DNA of 64,000 nucleotides from an uncultured virus (IMG/VR IMGVR_UViG_3300026549_002477) (Duplodnaviria > Heunggongvirae > Uroviricota > Caudoviricetes): the IMG/VR virus record IMGVR_UViG_3300026549_002477; one strand, written 5' to 3'. Positions within the stretch are counted from its first letter, which is position 1; each line of letters starts with the position of its first letter. Under the pieces are notes generated by a model. That model saw only the letters and a list, made by a program, of their open reading frames with translations. It was not told the origin of the DNA and searched no databases. Below are positions 1 through 10,302 of the stretch, in pieces. The position numbers and the translations under genes were made by a program.

Positions 1-684
1 CTTGCAAAGCTTCGTTCCCTTTCTAGCAGCCTTGAGGTTGTCAATACTCTTGGTTTTGGTAAGAGTGGTAACATCGTTGCTGACAAGGCTCAGAATGAAG
101 CTAATAAGGCAGCAGCAGCTCCGGGTGAGAAGGTTAAGCACTCTGTTATGAACACCAGCAAGATTGTTGGTTATGTTGTTCGTAACAACGGTACAGCTAG
201 CATTGATTACACCACCGAGGTTTGGAAGAAGGGTGCTGATGGCGTCTATACTTCTCAGGTTGTTAAGAAGACAATGGCTCCTGGTGAGAGCATTGTTCTT
301 AACCGTGAGTATATGACAAGATTTGCAGTTCGTCCGGAAATTTCCTTCACCTTCAGCAATGGTATTATCGTTACCAAGTCTAAGGCTGCAGCAAAGATGC
401 AGTCTGCTGATCCGGCTGATCGCAAGGCATATCTCTCCAGCTTCCACTTCATTTTCAGCAGTGATGCTGGCAAGGCTGTTAATGATCCAGCAGTTAAGAT
501 CCCGATCGATGACATTGATGAGAACGGAGTTTCCACTGTTAAGCCTGAGTACCTTGAGACTTTCGGTTATCTCATGAATCCGGCTGTTTCCGCTCCTCGT
601 GCAAAGAAGGCTCCTGGAAAGAAGTTCACACTGCAGGAGCTTACTGCAAACCTCATCAACAGACAGCTTGGCGAAGAGCAGTAA
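1..684 (+). CDS. Hypothetical protein, 5'-truncated by the window edge
   Basis: Frame 1 is open from base 1 (LAKLRSLSSSLEVVNTLGFGKSG...) into the listed ORF 148..684. Codons are strongly biased (ggt, cgt, ctt, aag, gag). A strong terminator follows. Confidence 0.85.
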   Translation, partial: LAKLRSLSSSLEVVNTLGFGKSGNIVADKAQNEANKAAAAPGEKVKHSVMNTSKIVGYVVRNNGTASIDYTTEVWKKGADGVYTSQVVKKTMAPGESIVLNREYMTRFAVRPEISFTFSNGIIVTKSKAAAKMQSADPADRKAYLSSFHFIFSSDAGKAVNDPAVKIPIDDIDENGVSTVKPEYLETFGYLMNPAVSAPRAKKAPGKKFTLQELTANLINRQLGEEQ

Positions 685-736
685 TTTGGGGAAGTTCCTC
701 AAATCAGTTGCCTAGCATAGCTAGCTAACTTCTAAC

Positions 737-783
737 AAAGGGACAGGGCCATCTACTTAAGTAGGTGGCCCTGTTCTTTTTTT
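737..783 (+). terminator. Rho-independent terminator
   Basis: Long hairpin aaagggacagggccatctac / gtaggtggccctgttcttt followed by a T-tract. Confidence 0.9.
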
Positions 784-868
784 ATTATAATATAGCATTG
801 ACAAAAATGCAGTTGGCCTATAAATATTATGTAGTATAATTTTAATTTTTAGAAAGGATTTGGTTTAA

Positions 869-2317
869 ATGGAAGATACAAACGTTGAACAAAGTTGGTA
901 TACAAAGTATAGGCCAGTAACTATTGAACAGTACTGTGGAGATAGAGTTAAAAACATTATCAAGAAAAGGTTTACTTCAAGGGATAAAATGCCACATGTA
1001 ATAATGGTTTATGGTAAGCGTGGGTGTGGTAAAACTACTCTGTGTAGAATATTGACCAAGTATTATATGTGTGAAAATCCGGCAGAAGATGGTACCCCTT
1101 GTGAGTCTTGTGAAACTTGCCAAGATATCAATGATATGCTGATTAAAGGGCAGTCAGAAGTTGATACATCTTCTTTGGGTATTAGGGAAGTAGATGCTAC
1201 TGTAGCAAATGGCAAGGATGATATTCAAGAGATCATTGAAGATGCTAAACAACCACCAGTAATTGGTGAATATAAGATTATTATATTCGATGAGTGCCAT
1301 ATGATGACACAGCAAGCTCAGAATAGCTTACTTAAGATTATTGAAGATATTCCACCACATCTGGTAATAATGTTTGCAACTACAAACCCGGAGAAGGTTC
1401 TACAGACTGTTAAAAGTAGATGTCAGCTAACTATTGAAGTTAGAAAACAATCTATATCTGATATGGCAGATAGACTGGAAGAAATAGCTAAGACTGAGGC
1501 ATTAACTTACAGTAAAGAAGCATTAAATGCTATAGCTAAAAAGGGTGGGTGCGTTCCTAGAGAGTGTATTAATATTCTTGAAAATGTGGCTAAAACTTAC
1601 GCAAATACTGTAAACATAGATAATGTAGTTGACTACCTTGGAGATATTTCTTCAGATTATTATATTGATTATTATAAAGCTGCCAATGATTCTTTGAACA
1701 GTGTTCTTAATTTTATAAACAGATTAAAAGAAAATGATGTAAATCCGAGAGACTTTGTAGATGGTTTATTATCATTTACTTTTGATGCTATGTACATCAA
1801 GCATGGAATTAACCTTGAAGATTATCCAGTAAGCTATGTAAAAACTATTAAGCAATTATTTGATATGTATGATAGTAGTGATTTTGATACTTTACTTCAA
1901 ATTCTAGAATACATGTCAAATCATGTAACTGCCGGTGATAGGTCTTCTGCTTCTGATCTAACTATTGCAACTACAGCCATGAGAATTGGTAAGATTAAAA
2001 TGTTATCTAATGGACTTACATCAACTAAATCAGATGCTGAAAAAGAGAATAGAATAAGCCTTGTAGAACATGCAGATAAGCTAAAGGTTGATACAAAAGC
2101 TTTACTGATAAGCCAAGAGCAATCATCAGATGATATAGATAAAGAATTTGAAGATCCATCATTGATCGAAAATTCAGTGAATATGTTTAGCTTGCCATCT
2201 TATGATGATTTTCAGAAATTACAAGACAAGAATGAAGACAATAAAGATACTAAATCAGACGATGATAGTTTAGATGAAACTCAAGAAGATAAAGATATAG
2301 ATGATTTTCTTAGCTAA
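869..2317 (+). CDS. dnaX: DNA polymerase III subunit gamma/tau (clamp-loader ATPase)
   Basis: KYRP N-terminus, Walker A GKRGCGKTT, C4 zinc module (CENP...PCESCETC), Walker B IFDECHM, QNSLLKIIED, SRC motif. Confidence 0.93.
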   Translation: MEDTNVEQSWYTKYRPVTIEQYCGDRVKNIIKKRFTSRDKMPHVIMVYGKRGCGKTTLCRILTKYYMCENPAEDGTPCESCETCQDINDMLIKGQSEVDTSSLGIREVDATVANGKDDIQEIIEDAKQPPVIGEYKIIIFDECHMMTQQAQNSLLKIIEDIPPHLVIMFATTNPEKVLQTVKSRCQLTIEVRKQSISDMADRLEEIAKTEALTYSKEALNAIAKKGGCVPRECINILENVAKTYANTVNIDNVVDYLGDISSDYYIDYYKAANDSLNSVLNFINRLKENDVNPRDFVDGLLSFTFDAMYIKHGINLEDYPVSYVKTIKQLFDMYDSSDFDTLLQILEYMSNHVTAGDRSSASDLTIATTAMRIGKIKMLSNGLTSTKSDAEKENRISLVEHADKLKVDTKALLISQEQSSDDIDKEFEDPSLIENSVNMFSLPSYDDFQKLQDKNEDNKDTKSDDDSLDETQEDKDIDDFLS

Positions 2318-2344
2318 ACATTTGGATTATAATTGAACAAAGAT

Positions 2345-2388
2345 TATAATAAAACGACACTATAAATTTGAGGTGTCGTTTTATTATA
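2345..2388 (+). terminator. Rho-independent (possibly bidirectional) terminator
   Basis: Inverted repeat tataataaaacgacac ... gtgtcgttttattata just after dnaX. Confidence 0.8.
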
Positions 2389-2563
2389 TTAATAACTTTT
2401 ATAATGTGTGAAGTAACGATTATACTTAAATGTTTACTATTAATATCAAATGTAATGCCTAGTAGATCTACATTAAATATAACATTAATTAGAAAATATA
2501 AAAAATAATTAAAAATTGAATTCTAGCTAAGTCACTTATATACATTTTTAGGAGGTTATTAAC

Positions 2564-3466
2564 ATGAGAAAGCGAATAATGGCATTGTCAATGGCTATGA
2601 TGCTGTGTATGACTGTTCCATTTATAAGTTTTCATGCTGCTTCATTGGATGATGTTGTTGGACAACAGACAACAACTGAGCAGACCCAGGGAAATTCTAA
2701 TAGCCAATATCAAGGATCTACTAATCAGAGTTCAACTGATCAGAGTTCAGCTACTACTGATCCATTTAATAATCCAAACAGTGCAGCTAATGTACAGAAT
2801 CAAAGTCAGGGTAATACAGGTGATAGTAATTTAAATCTTCCTAAGGATAGTTCAGCTGAGGAATTTGCAAATGCTCTTTCAGAGGGAACAAACTTCACAG
2901 AGGAAACATACCAAGAGACAACAGCTGTTACAAATAAAATCAAAGCAGTTGTATCTCCATTGATTCAGATTTTTTTGTACTTGATAATGATTCTTATGAC
3001 TATAAGAGTTGTTATTGATCTTATATATATTGTATTTCCGCCTATAAGAGCTTTCCTTTCAAATGGGCATGTTGGTAATGCAGCTAGTCAAGGAACAATG
3101 CAAACTGGTGGCTTCGGTGGTGGATACGGCGGTGGTATGGGTTCCTATGGTGGATTTAGCGGAGGCATGGGTGGCATGAATGCTGCTAATAACATGGCAA
3201 TGCAGCAGCAGAACAACCCAAGTAATGTAAGTCGCATACAGTGGGTGTCCCAAGCAGCATTAAATGCTGTTGCATCTGAAGCTGTTGTTGGGACAAATGG
3301 TAAAGCAAATAGCCCACTTAAAGCTTATGCAAAAGACATGATAGTTTTGATGATTGGAGTTCCAATTATGTTGATACTCGCTGCATCTGGAATATTATCA
3401 AAGCTCGGATTTGCTTTAGCAAGCGTCATTAGTGGAGTGATAGAGTCAATCATCACCAGCTTCTGA
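2564..3466 (+). CDS. Signal-peptide membrane protein, paralog 1 of the D-x-x-Y-x-x-F-P two-TM family
   Basis: AGGAGG RBS, N-terminal signal peptide, TM ending in DLIYIVFPPIR, Gly/Met-rich loop, VSQAALNAV...SPLKAYAK, then a second TM region. Confidence 0.85.
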   Translation: MRKRIMALSMAMMLCMTVPFISFHAASLDDVVGQQTTTEQTQGNSNSQYQGSTNQSSTDQSSATTDPFNNPNSAANVQNQSQGNTGDSNLNLPKDSSAEEFANALSEGTNFTEETYQETTAVTNKIKAVVSPLIQIFLYLIMILMTIRVVIDLIYIVFPPIRAFLSNGHVGNAASQGTMQTGGFGGGYGGGMGSYGGFSGGMGGMNAANNMAMQQQNNPSNVSRIQWVSQAALNAVASEAVVGTNGKANSPLKAYAKDMIVLMIGVPIMLILAASGILSKLGFALASVISGVIESIITSF

Positions 3467-3486
3467 GTTTAGGGAGTGATTAGAAT

Positions 3487-3798
3487 ATGTCTAGAGTATC
3501 TGATGTAATTGCCAGTAAGCATAAAATAGAAAATGCCAGACGTAACAAGCGAAATCGTGAAATGACGAACTTGAGAAACATGTCTGAGTATAAAGCTAGA
3601 CTATTTGATGAAATGCAGAAAATCGAGGTAATGCTATCTGATCCAGATATAGATGCAGTAGTCATAACAATACCGGATGATCAGTTTAGTAGATTTTCAG
3701 CTTCAATATATTCTCCTGAAATGTCAGCATATGACATAAGACAAGATAATATAAAAGCAAATGTTTTTTATATAAGACATAAGTTTGTTTCTATCTAA
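3487..3798 (+). CDS. Hypothetical protein
   Basis: GGGAG RBS, 103-aa ORF in operon context. Confidence 0.8.
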   Translation: MSRVSDVIASKHKIENARRNKRNREMTNLRNMSEYKARLFDEMQKIEVMLSDPDIDAVVITIPDDQFSRFSASIYSPEMSAYDIRQDNIKANVFYIRHKFVSI

Positions 3799-3837
3799 AT
3801 AAGATCAATAAGGTACATTTGAAAGGAAAACAAGATC

Positions 3838-4203
3838 ATGGACATGCAAGAAAGATATAATGACATTGCAAAGAAAACAGGTTTATCTGAAAATATAATT
3901 AGGAGTGTATTTAAAGCTACTAGAGACAGTGTTATAGAGTCTTTGAAACATGGTGAAAGAGCAACAATTCCTGGTATTTGTAATTTCACACCTGATTTAA
4001 GAGTAGGGTATGACTTTGGCGGAGACAAGAAATATTTTGTTAAAGCAAAGATTAAAGTTTCATCAACTTTTGAAAAAGAATTAAAAGAGAGCAGTGTAAT
4101 TGATCAAGACATTAAGAATGGAAAAACAAGTGTAGAAGATCTTACATACGTTAGTGATGGATCTGGAATCATTAGAACTACACAGATAAACAGCCTGCTC
4201 TAA
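3838..4203 (+). CDS. HU/IHF-family DNA-binding protein
   Basis: IAKKTGLSENIIRSVFKATRDSVIESLKHGERATIPGICNF matches the HU/IHF N-terminal pattern (IA..TGLS...L..GE.V.I.GFG.F). Confidence 0.8.
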   Translation: MDMQERYNDIAKKTGLSENIIRSVFKATRDSVIESLKHGERATIPGICNFTPDLRVGYDFGGDKKYFVKAKIKVSSTFEKELKESSVIDQDIKNGKTSVEDLTYVSDGSGIIRTTQINSLL

Positions 4204-4225
4204 TAATTTAGAGGTGATTAAGTTT

Positions 4226-4828
4226 ATGACAGGCCCAACACATAGACAGTACAGTATCTGTTTTGCACTTGTAACAGCAATGCTATTTTTTAAACTTGAT
4301 ATAACAGCAGTTAATTACTACATTGCATTGCCAGTATTAATAATGACAGCAAAAGCTGGGGCATTATTTCCAGATGTTGATCATGATTGGAGAAATGTAC
4401 ATGATAAGACTATTATAAATAGAATTATAAATTTCTTAATACATATAACCGGTGGGAGGCATAGAAGCTGGCAGACACATAGCTGGGATATATGTTTATG
4501 GTTTACAGTTGGTGCTTACTTCATTCCAATAAGAATATTTAGAGATGGGATATTAACTAATGTAAATAGTGAGATACTTCAACTACTATTACTAGGATTT
4601 GCAAGTGGGTGGATAAGTCACTTAATAGCCGATATGTTTACATCAGCAGGTGTAAGAGTCATATGTTTTTTAAATAAAAAGGTAGCATTCGTACCTAAGA
4701 AGTTAGGGCCAATAGTATTTAAAACTGGAGCATCATGGGAGATGTTCAACTACAAATTTATGAGAGTTGTAAACGTAATACTCGGATGCTTATGCTTAAT
4801 ATACCCAGCAGTTTATGATAAGATATAA
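4226..4828 (+). CDS. YdjM-like membrane metal-dependent hydrolase
   Basis: MTGPTH, GALFPDVDH, HRSWQTHS and GWISHLIADMFT.GV motifs with several TM segments. Start placed at the ATG after GAGGTG. Confidence 0.85.
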   Translation: MTGPTHRQYSICFALVTAMLFFKLDITAVNYYIALPVLIMTAKAGALFPDVDHDWRNVHDKTIINRIINFLIHITGGRHRSWQTHSWDICLWFTVGAYFIPIRIFRDGILTNVNSEILQLLLLGFASGWISHLIADMFTSAGVRVICFLNKKVAFVPKKLGPIVFKTGASWEMFNYKFMRVVNVILGCLCLIYPAVYDKI

Positions 4829-4850
4829 CAAATTTTGGAGGAAAGGCTTT

Positions 4851-5699
4851 ATGAAGGCAAAGATTAAAAGCAGTTTAATCATTTTAATGATATTAGCTGC
4901 AATACTTGCTAGTTTTCTATCTATAACAAGTGTGAATGCAGCCAGTACAAAAACATATACATCCGTACAGGAAGTAGCAGATGAATTTGGACCTGGTGGT
5001 TCTGCTGGAAACACTTCTTGGCCAAACGGTTTAGCTAGCTATTTCACAACTGAGGATCATAGTAGTTATGATTCTTGGTCTAGTGTGTCAGTCGGTGGCC
5101 AGACATACTATTATGTAACTAACCAAGCAAGTACAATTCTAGCACAGGCTTCTCAAACTGCAGCAGCATCAAATGCAGTGGCATCTGATTCACAGGCAGT
5201 TAGCCAGTATGAAGATATTACATCAGGAATGAACATAAGAGCTGATACTGAACAAGGTAGAAAAGTTTTAACTCCACTTGTTGGTGTTATTAATATAATC
5301 CTTGGTGTTATAGTTATTGGTATTGGTGTTATGACTACTGTCGTTACTGGTCTTGACATTGCATATATTGTATTCCCTACATTCCGTACTGGTGTTGACA
5401 CATCAAAGAGTGCTGGTGGTGGTATGATTGGTGCACATTCTCAAGATAAGAATGGCGATGGTGAAGGTAAATTAAGGCTTGTATCTGATGAAGCAGTATT
5501 TGCAGTGAAGTCAGCAGATACAATTGAAAGTGGTAAAAATCCACTTGCTATATATTTTAAGAAACGTGCATTAGGCTATATTTTACTCGCAATAGTACTG
5601 TTTGTATTCCTTACTGGTCGTATTACAATATTTACCACTGCTGCTCTTAAGTTAGTTGATGGTATACTTAAACTTATACAGGGTGCATCCCTTCATTAA
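4851..5699 (+). CDS. Signal-peptide membrane protein, paralog 2 of the two-TM family
   Basis: GGAGG RBS, signal peptide ending VNA, TM-DIAYIVFPTFR, VSDEAVFAV...NPLAIYFKKR-TM. Confidence 0.85.
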   Translation: MKAKIKSSLIILMILAAILASFLSITSVNAASTKTYTSVQEVADEFGPGGSAGNTSWPNGLASYFTTEDHSSYDSWSSVSVGGQTYYYVTNQASTILAQASQTAAASNAVASDSQAVSQYEDITSGMNIRADTEQGRKVLTPLVGVINIILGVIVIGIGVMTTVVTGLDIAYIVFPTFRTGVDTSKSAGGGMIGAHSQDKNGDGEGKLRLVSDEAVFAVKSADTIESGKNPLAIYFKKRALGYILLAIVLFVFLTGRITIFTTAALKLVDGILKLIQGASLH

Positions 5700-5719
5700 A
5701 TTAATCAGTAATTAAGTTT

Positions 5720-5794
5720 AGCAGGCAGGTAAGGTTCTTACCTGCCTGTTTTTATGTAGATCTTAAAGGTCAGATAGATAATATCTGGCCTTTT
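5720..5794 (+). terminator. Two tandem terminator-like hairpins
   Basis: agcaggcaggtaag/cttacctgcctgtt + T-run (5720-5753) and aaaggtcagata/tatctggccttt + T (5765-5794). Confidence 0.8.
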
Positions 5795-5876
5795 ATCATA
5801 TAAAAAATTTGAATGGGCATCAAGATTAACTTGTTATAGTATAATCAATAAAAATATAAATTATTGAGGTGATAAC

Positions 5877-6380
5877 ATGTCAAATACTACAACCGTTCAA
5901 GGTATAGAAAACTCTATAGAGAATACTTTAAGAAATACTGGTGGTATAGATAACTTAATGGCTATGGAAACAACTATAACTATTCAAAAAGTATTTTCTG
6001 TTATATTGGGTATACTAGCAATATTAATATTAATAACAATTCCATTAACTGTATTATTTGAGCTATGCTACATGAATTTTCCAATAATCAGAGAAAAAAT
6101 TGATCAAGCTGTTGATGAGCATGGTGGATTTATAAAAAGGTCATTACAAATGACCTTGAAAGATGCTATGAAAGCTATTGAAATAGCAGAAACAAATCCT
6201 GATGGGCCATCAGTAATGACAGTATACTTGAAAATCAAAATAAAAGCAGTATTTATTGCTATGTTCTGCTTGATGCTAGTGCTATATGGAACAGATACAA
6301 TAGTTGCGACTGTGTCAGGATGGATGAAAGGACTATATGATGTAGCAGTAAATTTCTTTTCTAGCATTGGTGGATTTTAA
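5877..6380 (+). CDS. Small membrane protein, paralog 3 of the two-TM family
   Basis: GAGGTG RBS. TM-ELCYMNFPIIR...DAMKAI...SVMTVYLKIK-TM, the same layout as 2564 and 4851 but with no long N-terminal region. Confidence 0.85.
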   Translation: MSNTTTVQGIENSIENTLRNTGGIDNLMAMETTITIQKVFSVILGILAILILITIPLTVLFELCYMNFPIIREKIDQAVDEHGGFIKRSLQMTLKDAMKAIEIAETNPDGPSVMTVYLKIKIKAVFIAMFCLMLVLYGTDTIVATVSGWMKGLYDVAVNFFSSIGGF

Positions 6381-6399
6381 TTAAAATAGAGGTTGTAGC

Positions 6400-9300
6400 A
6401 TGACTATCTTTAATAAAATCAAAGAATTTTTTAAAAAACATAAGTTATCAAGCAATCAGAGAACTCGAGTAGGAATTATAGGCTGCTTGGTGTTAGCATC
6501 TGCAGGCTTGTATGGATGCGGTGATAGTACTGTTATAACCATTCAGTTAACTGGAATGGCCTCACAAATCGAAGGCAGACTTAGTGCTAATTTAAATATA
6601 GCTGCTACATTAGCCGGAAAGGATACATCCAGTGGCGAAACAATACTTAAACTTGGAAGCGACGAAGATGTTAAAGCTGGCGTTGGAGCAATTCTTTCAG
6701 AATCAGATTATCAAACTATAGTAGACAGTATACAAACTGTAGAAAACTTTTATGGAATAAAAGAAGCAGCAAGTAGTAGTGCTAAAGACCTAGATAGTGC
6801 TAAATTAACATCACTAGCCGCATTTGTTTATCAGTTTAGACCAATAACACCAGGATATTTAATTAAACATGAAGGTGAATCTGCAGCAACAAAAGTTGCA
6901 ACAGAGGTTGATGATAATGGGGCAGCTACAAAGTATCAGTGGAGAATTACAGCAAGTGCAAATGCAAATGATGATGACTACGGAAAGCAAATTGATCAAG
7001 ATTTAAATTTGTCAGATACATTTGATCCAGGAGCTGATCCTAATATATATTCTGCTGATGATGCATTTGGTGGTGATGGTACATCTGGGGCTGGCAAAAA
7101 TGATGATGGATTTTTTAGTGCAACTGACTATTTGATACATAATAGCTCTTACATGCTTGATGCAAAAGTTGTGGGTGGATCATCATCTGGAGCTGAAAGC
7201 TATTTGGATAGCACAGAAATTGAGGATACACCAGTATATCAATATGATAGTTATACATACATTTCAATAGTTGGAAACCAAAAATTCAATAATTCAGGTA
7301 AAGGGCAAGACCCAGATGCAGGTAAGACAGATGAAGTTGTGTCTGCAATAAATGATGGATTTAACTTTACAATTTATGTGTTGAATCCGGCGAAGTTTAC
7401 TAGAGAAGATCAGCAGGGCATAGACGGATTGTACGCAATGTTTAGAGACTCTGGGTTTATAACTGTTCAGAGTGGTGCAATAAATGGCATAATATCTAAT
7501 TATTTTAATATGGCTACTGGAGAGGATAAAGATGGAAACGTAGTAACCAATATAAAGTTATTTTCTGATGAAAATAAAGAGGTTGGAGATAAGTATAAAC
7601 TAATAAGATATGATGATCCTAGTGTACTTGGCGATAATCTTGGGGGTTCTAGAGAAGATTACCTTGAGTATAATTCAAAACCAGGAAATCCATTGGTATA
7701 TTATGAATATGGCATGCCAGCTATGGCTGTCATGTTTATGGAATTTGATCAGGATACAGTTGATTTATATGAACAAATAATAGGAAGTCAGACTGGCAAG
7801 TGGTTACTTATATCAACAAATGGATATAATAATGCATATTTATTACAGTATCCTGTATCAGTAGTAACTGGTTTAGAGCAAGAGTCAGATGGCAGAATAA
7901 AAGCTATTCTTGCTCAATCAGACAATATGGAAGTTAATGTATGCACTGGTAAAATAATAAAAACTTGGAATGATGGAAATGAGAAGGCTATAGACACAGA
8001 AACTTATTACAGAGTTGGTGGAGCAGAGAATGATTCAGAGCAAAGCCTAGCATCTTTCATTGTAAGTGGATATACAACATGTACAGTTCAAGTATATAAT
8101 CTTAACAAGGATACAAGTTTAACCAACACAGATATAGACGTTTATGCAGGGAGAATAGTGTTAAGAGACTATCTAGAAGGTATGTATGCACCTGGAGCAG
8201 TTCAGGATAGCCCTGATGAAAAATTAGTTTGCCTTGGTAGGATGATAAGATTGAACTTAAAGTTTGAGTCTCTTGATCCAAATGCTGTTAGTGTAGATAC
8301 AACTACTACAACAAGCAAAGCAAATAAACCATTATATGAAGCTGATTACAGAACTGCTGATATAGTACAAGCAAGTGTGATAGGAGCATTTAATATTGAT
8401 AAAGATATAAGTAAAACAAAATCAGATAATACAGTTGATAATGCAACCAACACAACCATTGTAGCAGATGCTGTATCTAGTACATCAGGAACTGGTGATT
8501 TTCCAAATTTATCTCCAAATTTATCTCCAAATTTATCTCCAAATTTATCTCCAAATTTATCTCCAAATTTATCTCCAAATTTATATACAAATTCAACAGA
8601 AGTGGAAAACTTTGATGAACTGCAGGATGGTTTATTTAAGCAACTTGTTGGAAATGAAGTGGCAAGTTATTACGGAAACAAAACGTTTAAGAACTTTACT
8701 TCTGTAGATAAAGATGTTCTCACTTATCTTGTGATAGGGAGTTCTGACGGGTATGATAAGTTGTCATTAACAGATCAACTTAGAGTAATAAAATCTCTTG
8801 GGTGGAGCTCAGCGGCTGATGCAGAGACTAAAAAGATAAAAAATACTGCAACAACACTAGATGCAGAAGCAATCTTAATAGAATTGTACAAGGCTGTTAA
8901 AAGTGTATATAATACACCTATAACTGAAAATGAATTAAAGTCTGGATCTGTTTTCATGCCATCATATGATAATGATAAAGCAGCAAATGCAGCAATAGCT
9001 GCAAGGAAACTTAAGGATGCAAGAATAAAAAATTCATCCGACACTAAAGATATAGATAAACAAAGTTCAGACATGGCTATGCAGTTATCTGCTTCTGGCA
9101 TAAATACAGATCCAGATACTTTAAGTCATTTAACAAATATAGATGGTGGAACAATATATAATACAGCAGCATTTTGGAATAGAGATGATCCAATAGGATA
9201 TTATATAGGTACTGATGGAAATAAGATAGATCAATTTGGGGACATTCATGTTTATGACATCATGGATGCAAAAGAGATAATAAATAATAATAAAGTTAAA

Positions 9301-10164
9301 TACTTTACAGAATCAACAGTACAGAGTTTTCAAACAGACGAAACATCTGATCCATCAACTAATTCCACGAGTTCTGCTGAAAAAGCAAAGAAGTTAAATC
9401 AACTTGCAACTACAGGATACGGTACAGATGCAGCTGCTGGAACACAAATTATGTGTACTGCTGAAATGCCATCTTCAACTATAGATGCTGTTGATTATAC
9501 TAAAGATAAGGATTATGCAACTCAGATTTCTACAGTTCAGCGCTTTTATGTAATAGCAGTTAAAGGTGATTTGTTCCAGAGGCAGTTGTTCAGTAACTGG
9601 ATTGATGTACAGAGTGATACAAACTGTTTGGATTGGTGGAATAAATATTTAGCTGCATGTGGAATGAATTATAACGTTTCTCACCAAAACATCAATGATT
9701 GGTTAACTAATAACTATGCATATGAAATGTCTCAGAATGGCATTGTTATTCTTGATCTCAATACAGTTGGATGGATTCAAAGAATGTATGATGCTGAACA
9801 GAGTAACTCAGTAGCAGTTAAGCTAAGAACAATATTTATGGTTTTAGGTTACATATTAATAGCCTATGCAGCAGTATTATTACTTTGTTGGACTCTAGAT
9901 GTTAATGTTGGATTGAATGTTGGATTACTTGAGAAAGCTACATTTGGACATTGGATCGCAGTTAAATATAAGTCAGATGTACCAGCAAAAGATAGTGAAC
10001 GAAGATCATATGTTTATGGATCATCAATGTTAATAAGGTTTGTATTAATGATCATTGTAGCTATCATAATGATCAACTTCAATGTGTTTAGATTAGTAAT
10101 AGTATTTGTAAAAGTCTTTGGTAAGTTAGCAGAACATATTCAAAATGTATTACAAGGTAATTAA
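6400..10164 (+). CDS. Large membrane/surface protein (1254 aa), putative lipoprotein with C-terminal TM helices
   Basis: AGAGG RBS, lipobox-like LASAGLYGC, long polar region, two hydrophobic segments at the C-terminus, internal PNLS repeat. Confidence 0.85.
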   Translation: MTIFNKIKEFFKKHKLSSNQRTRVGIIGCLVLASAGLYGCGDSTVITIQLTGMASQIEGRLSANLNIAATLAGKDTSSGETILKLGSDEDVKAGVGAILSESDYQTIVDSIQTVENFYGIKEAASSSAKDLDSAKLTSLAAFVYQFRPITPGYLIKHEGESAATKVATEVDDNGAATKYQWRITASANANDDDYGKQIDQDLNLSDTFDPGADPNIYSADDAFGGDGTSGAGKNDDGFFSATDYLIHNSSYMLDAKVVGGSSSGAESYLDSTEIEDTPVYQYDSYTYISIVGNQKFNNSGKGQDPDAGKTDEVVSAINDGFNFTIYVLNPAKFTREDQQGIDGLYAMFRDSGFITVQSGAINGIISNYFNMATGEDKDGNVVTNIKLFSDENKEVGDKYKLIRYDDPSVLGDNLGGSREDYLEYNSKPGNPLVYYEYGMPAMAVMFMEFDQDTVDLYEQIIGSQTGKWLLISTNGYNNAYLLQYPVSVVTGLEQESDGRIKAILAQSDNMEVNVCTGKIIKTWNDGNEKAIDTETYYRVGGAENDSEQSLASFIVSGYTTCTVQVYNLNKDTSLTNTDIDVYAGRIVLRDYLEGMYAPGAVQDSPDEKLVCLGRMIRLNLKFESLDPNAVSVDTTTTTSKANKPLYEADYRTADIVQASVIGAFNIDKDISKTKSDNTVDNATNTTIVADAVSSTSGTGDFPNLSPNLSPNLSPNLSPNLSPNLSPNLYTNSTEVENFDELQDGLFKQLVGNEVASYYGNKTFKNFTSVDKDVLTYLVIGSSDGYDKLSLTDQLRVIKSLGWSSAADAETKKIKNTATTLDAEAILIELYKAVKSVYNTPITENELKSGSVFMPSYDNDKAANAAIAARKLKDARIKNSSDTKDIDKQSSDMAMQLSASGINTDPDTLSHLTNIDGGTIYNTAAFWNRDDPIGYYIGTDGNKIDQFGDIHVYDIMDAKEIINNNKVKYFTESTVQSFQTDETSDPSTNSTSSAEKAKKLNQLATTGYGTDAAAGTQIMCTAEMPSSTIDAVDYTKDKDYATQISTVQRFYVIAVKGDLFQRQLFSNWIDVQSDTNCLDWWNKYLAACGMNYNVSHQNINDWLTNNYAYEMSQNGIVILDLNTVGWIQRMYDAEQSNSVAVKLRTIFMVLGYILIAYAAVLLLCWTLDVNVGLNVGLLEKATFGHWIAVKYKSDVPAKDSERRSYVYGSSMLIRFVLMIIVAIIMINFNVFRLVIVFVKVFGKLAEHIQNVLQGN
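8503..8586 (+). repeat. 12-bp in-frame tandem repeat (PNLS x6 + PNLY)
   Basis: ccaaatttatct repeated perfectly 6 times, then ccaaatttatat. Confidence 0.97.
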
Positions 10165-10169
10165 TTAAT

Positions 10170-10212
10170 AAGCAGAGGGATTAAGTCAGTTGACTAGGTT
10201 CCTCTGCTTTTA
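10170..10212 (+). terminator. Rho-independent terminator
   Basis: aagcagaggga ... ttcctctgctt followed by a T-tract. Confidence 0.85.
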
Positions 10213-10302
10213 TTATACTGGAATTTTTGCATATGCTATTAAATTAACCTGTGAAATTAATATTATATATTATAATATCATAGAAATTGGAGGGATTTAA
10301 AA

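Noticed and set aside
8503..8586. Tandem repeats (here and at 19920, 25047, 61826) as possible CRISPR arrays or iterons
   Set aside because: There are no unique spacers, the units are multiples of 3 inside long ORFs, and no cas genes are present.
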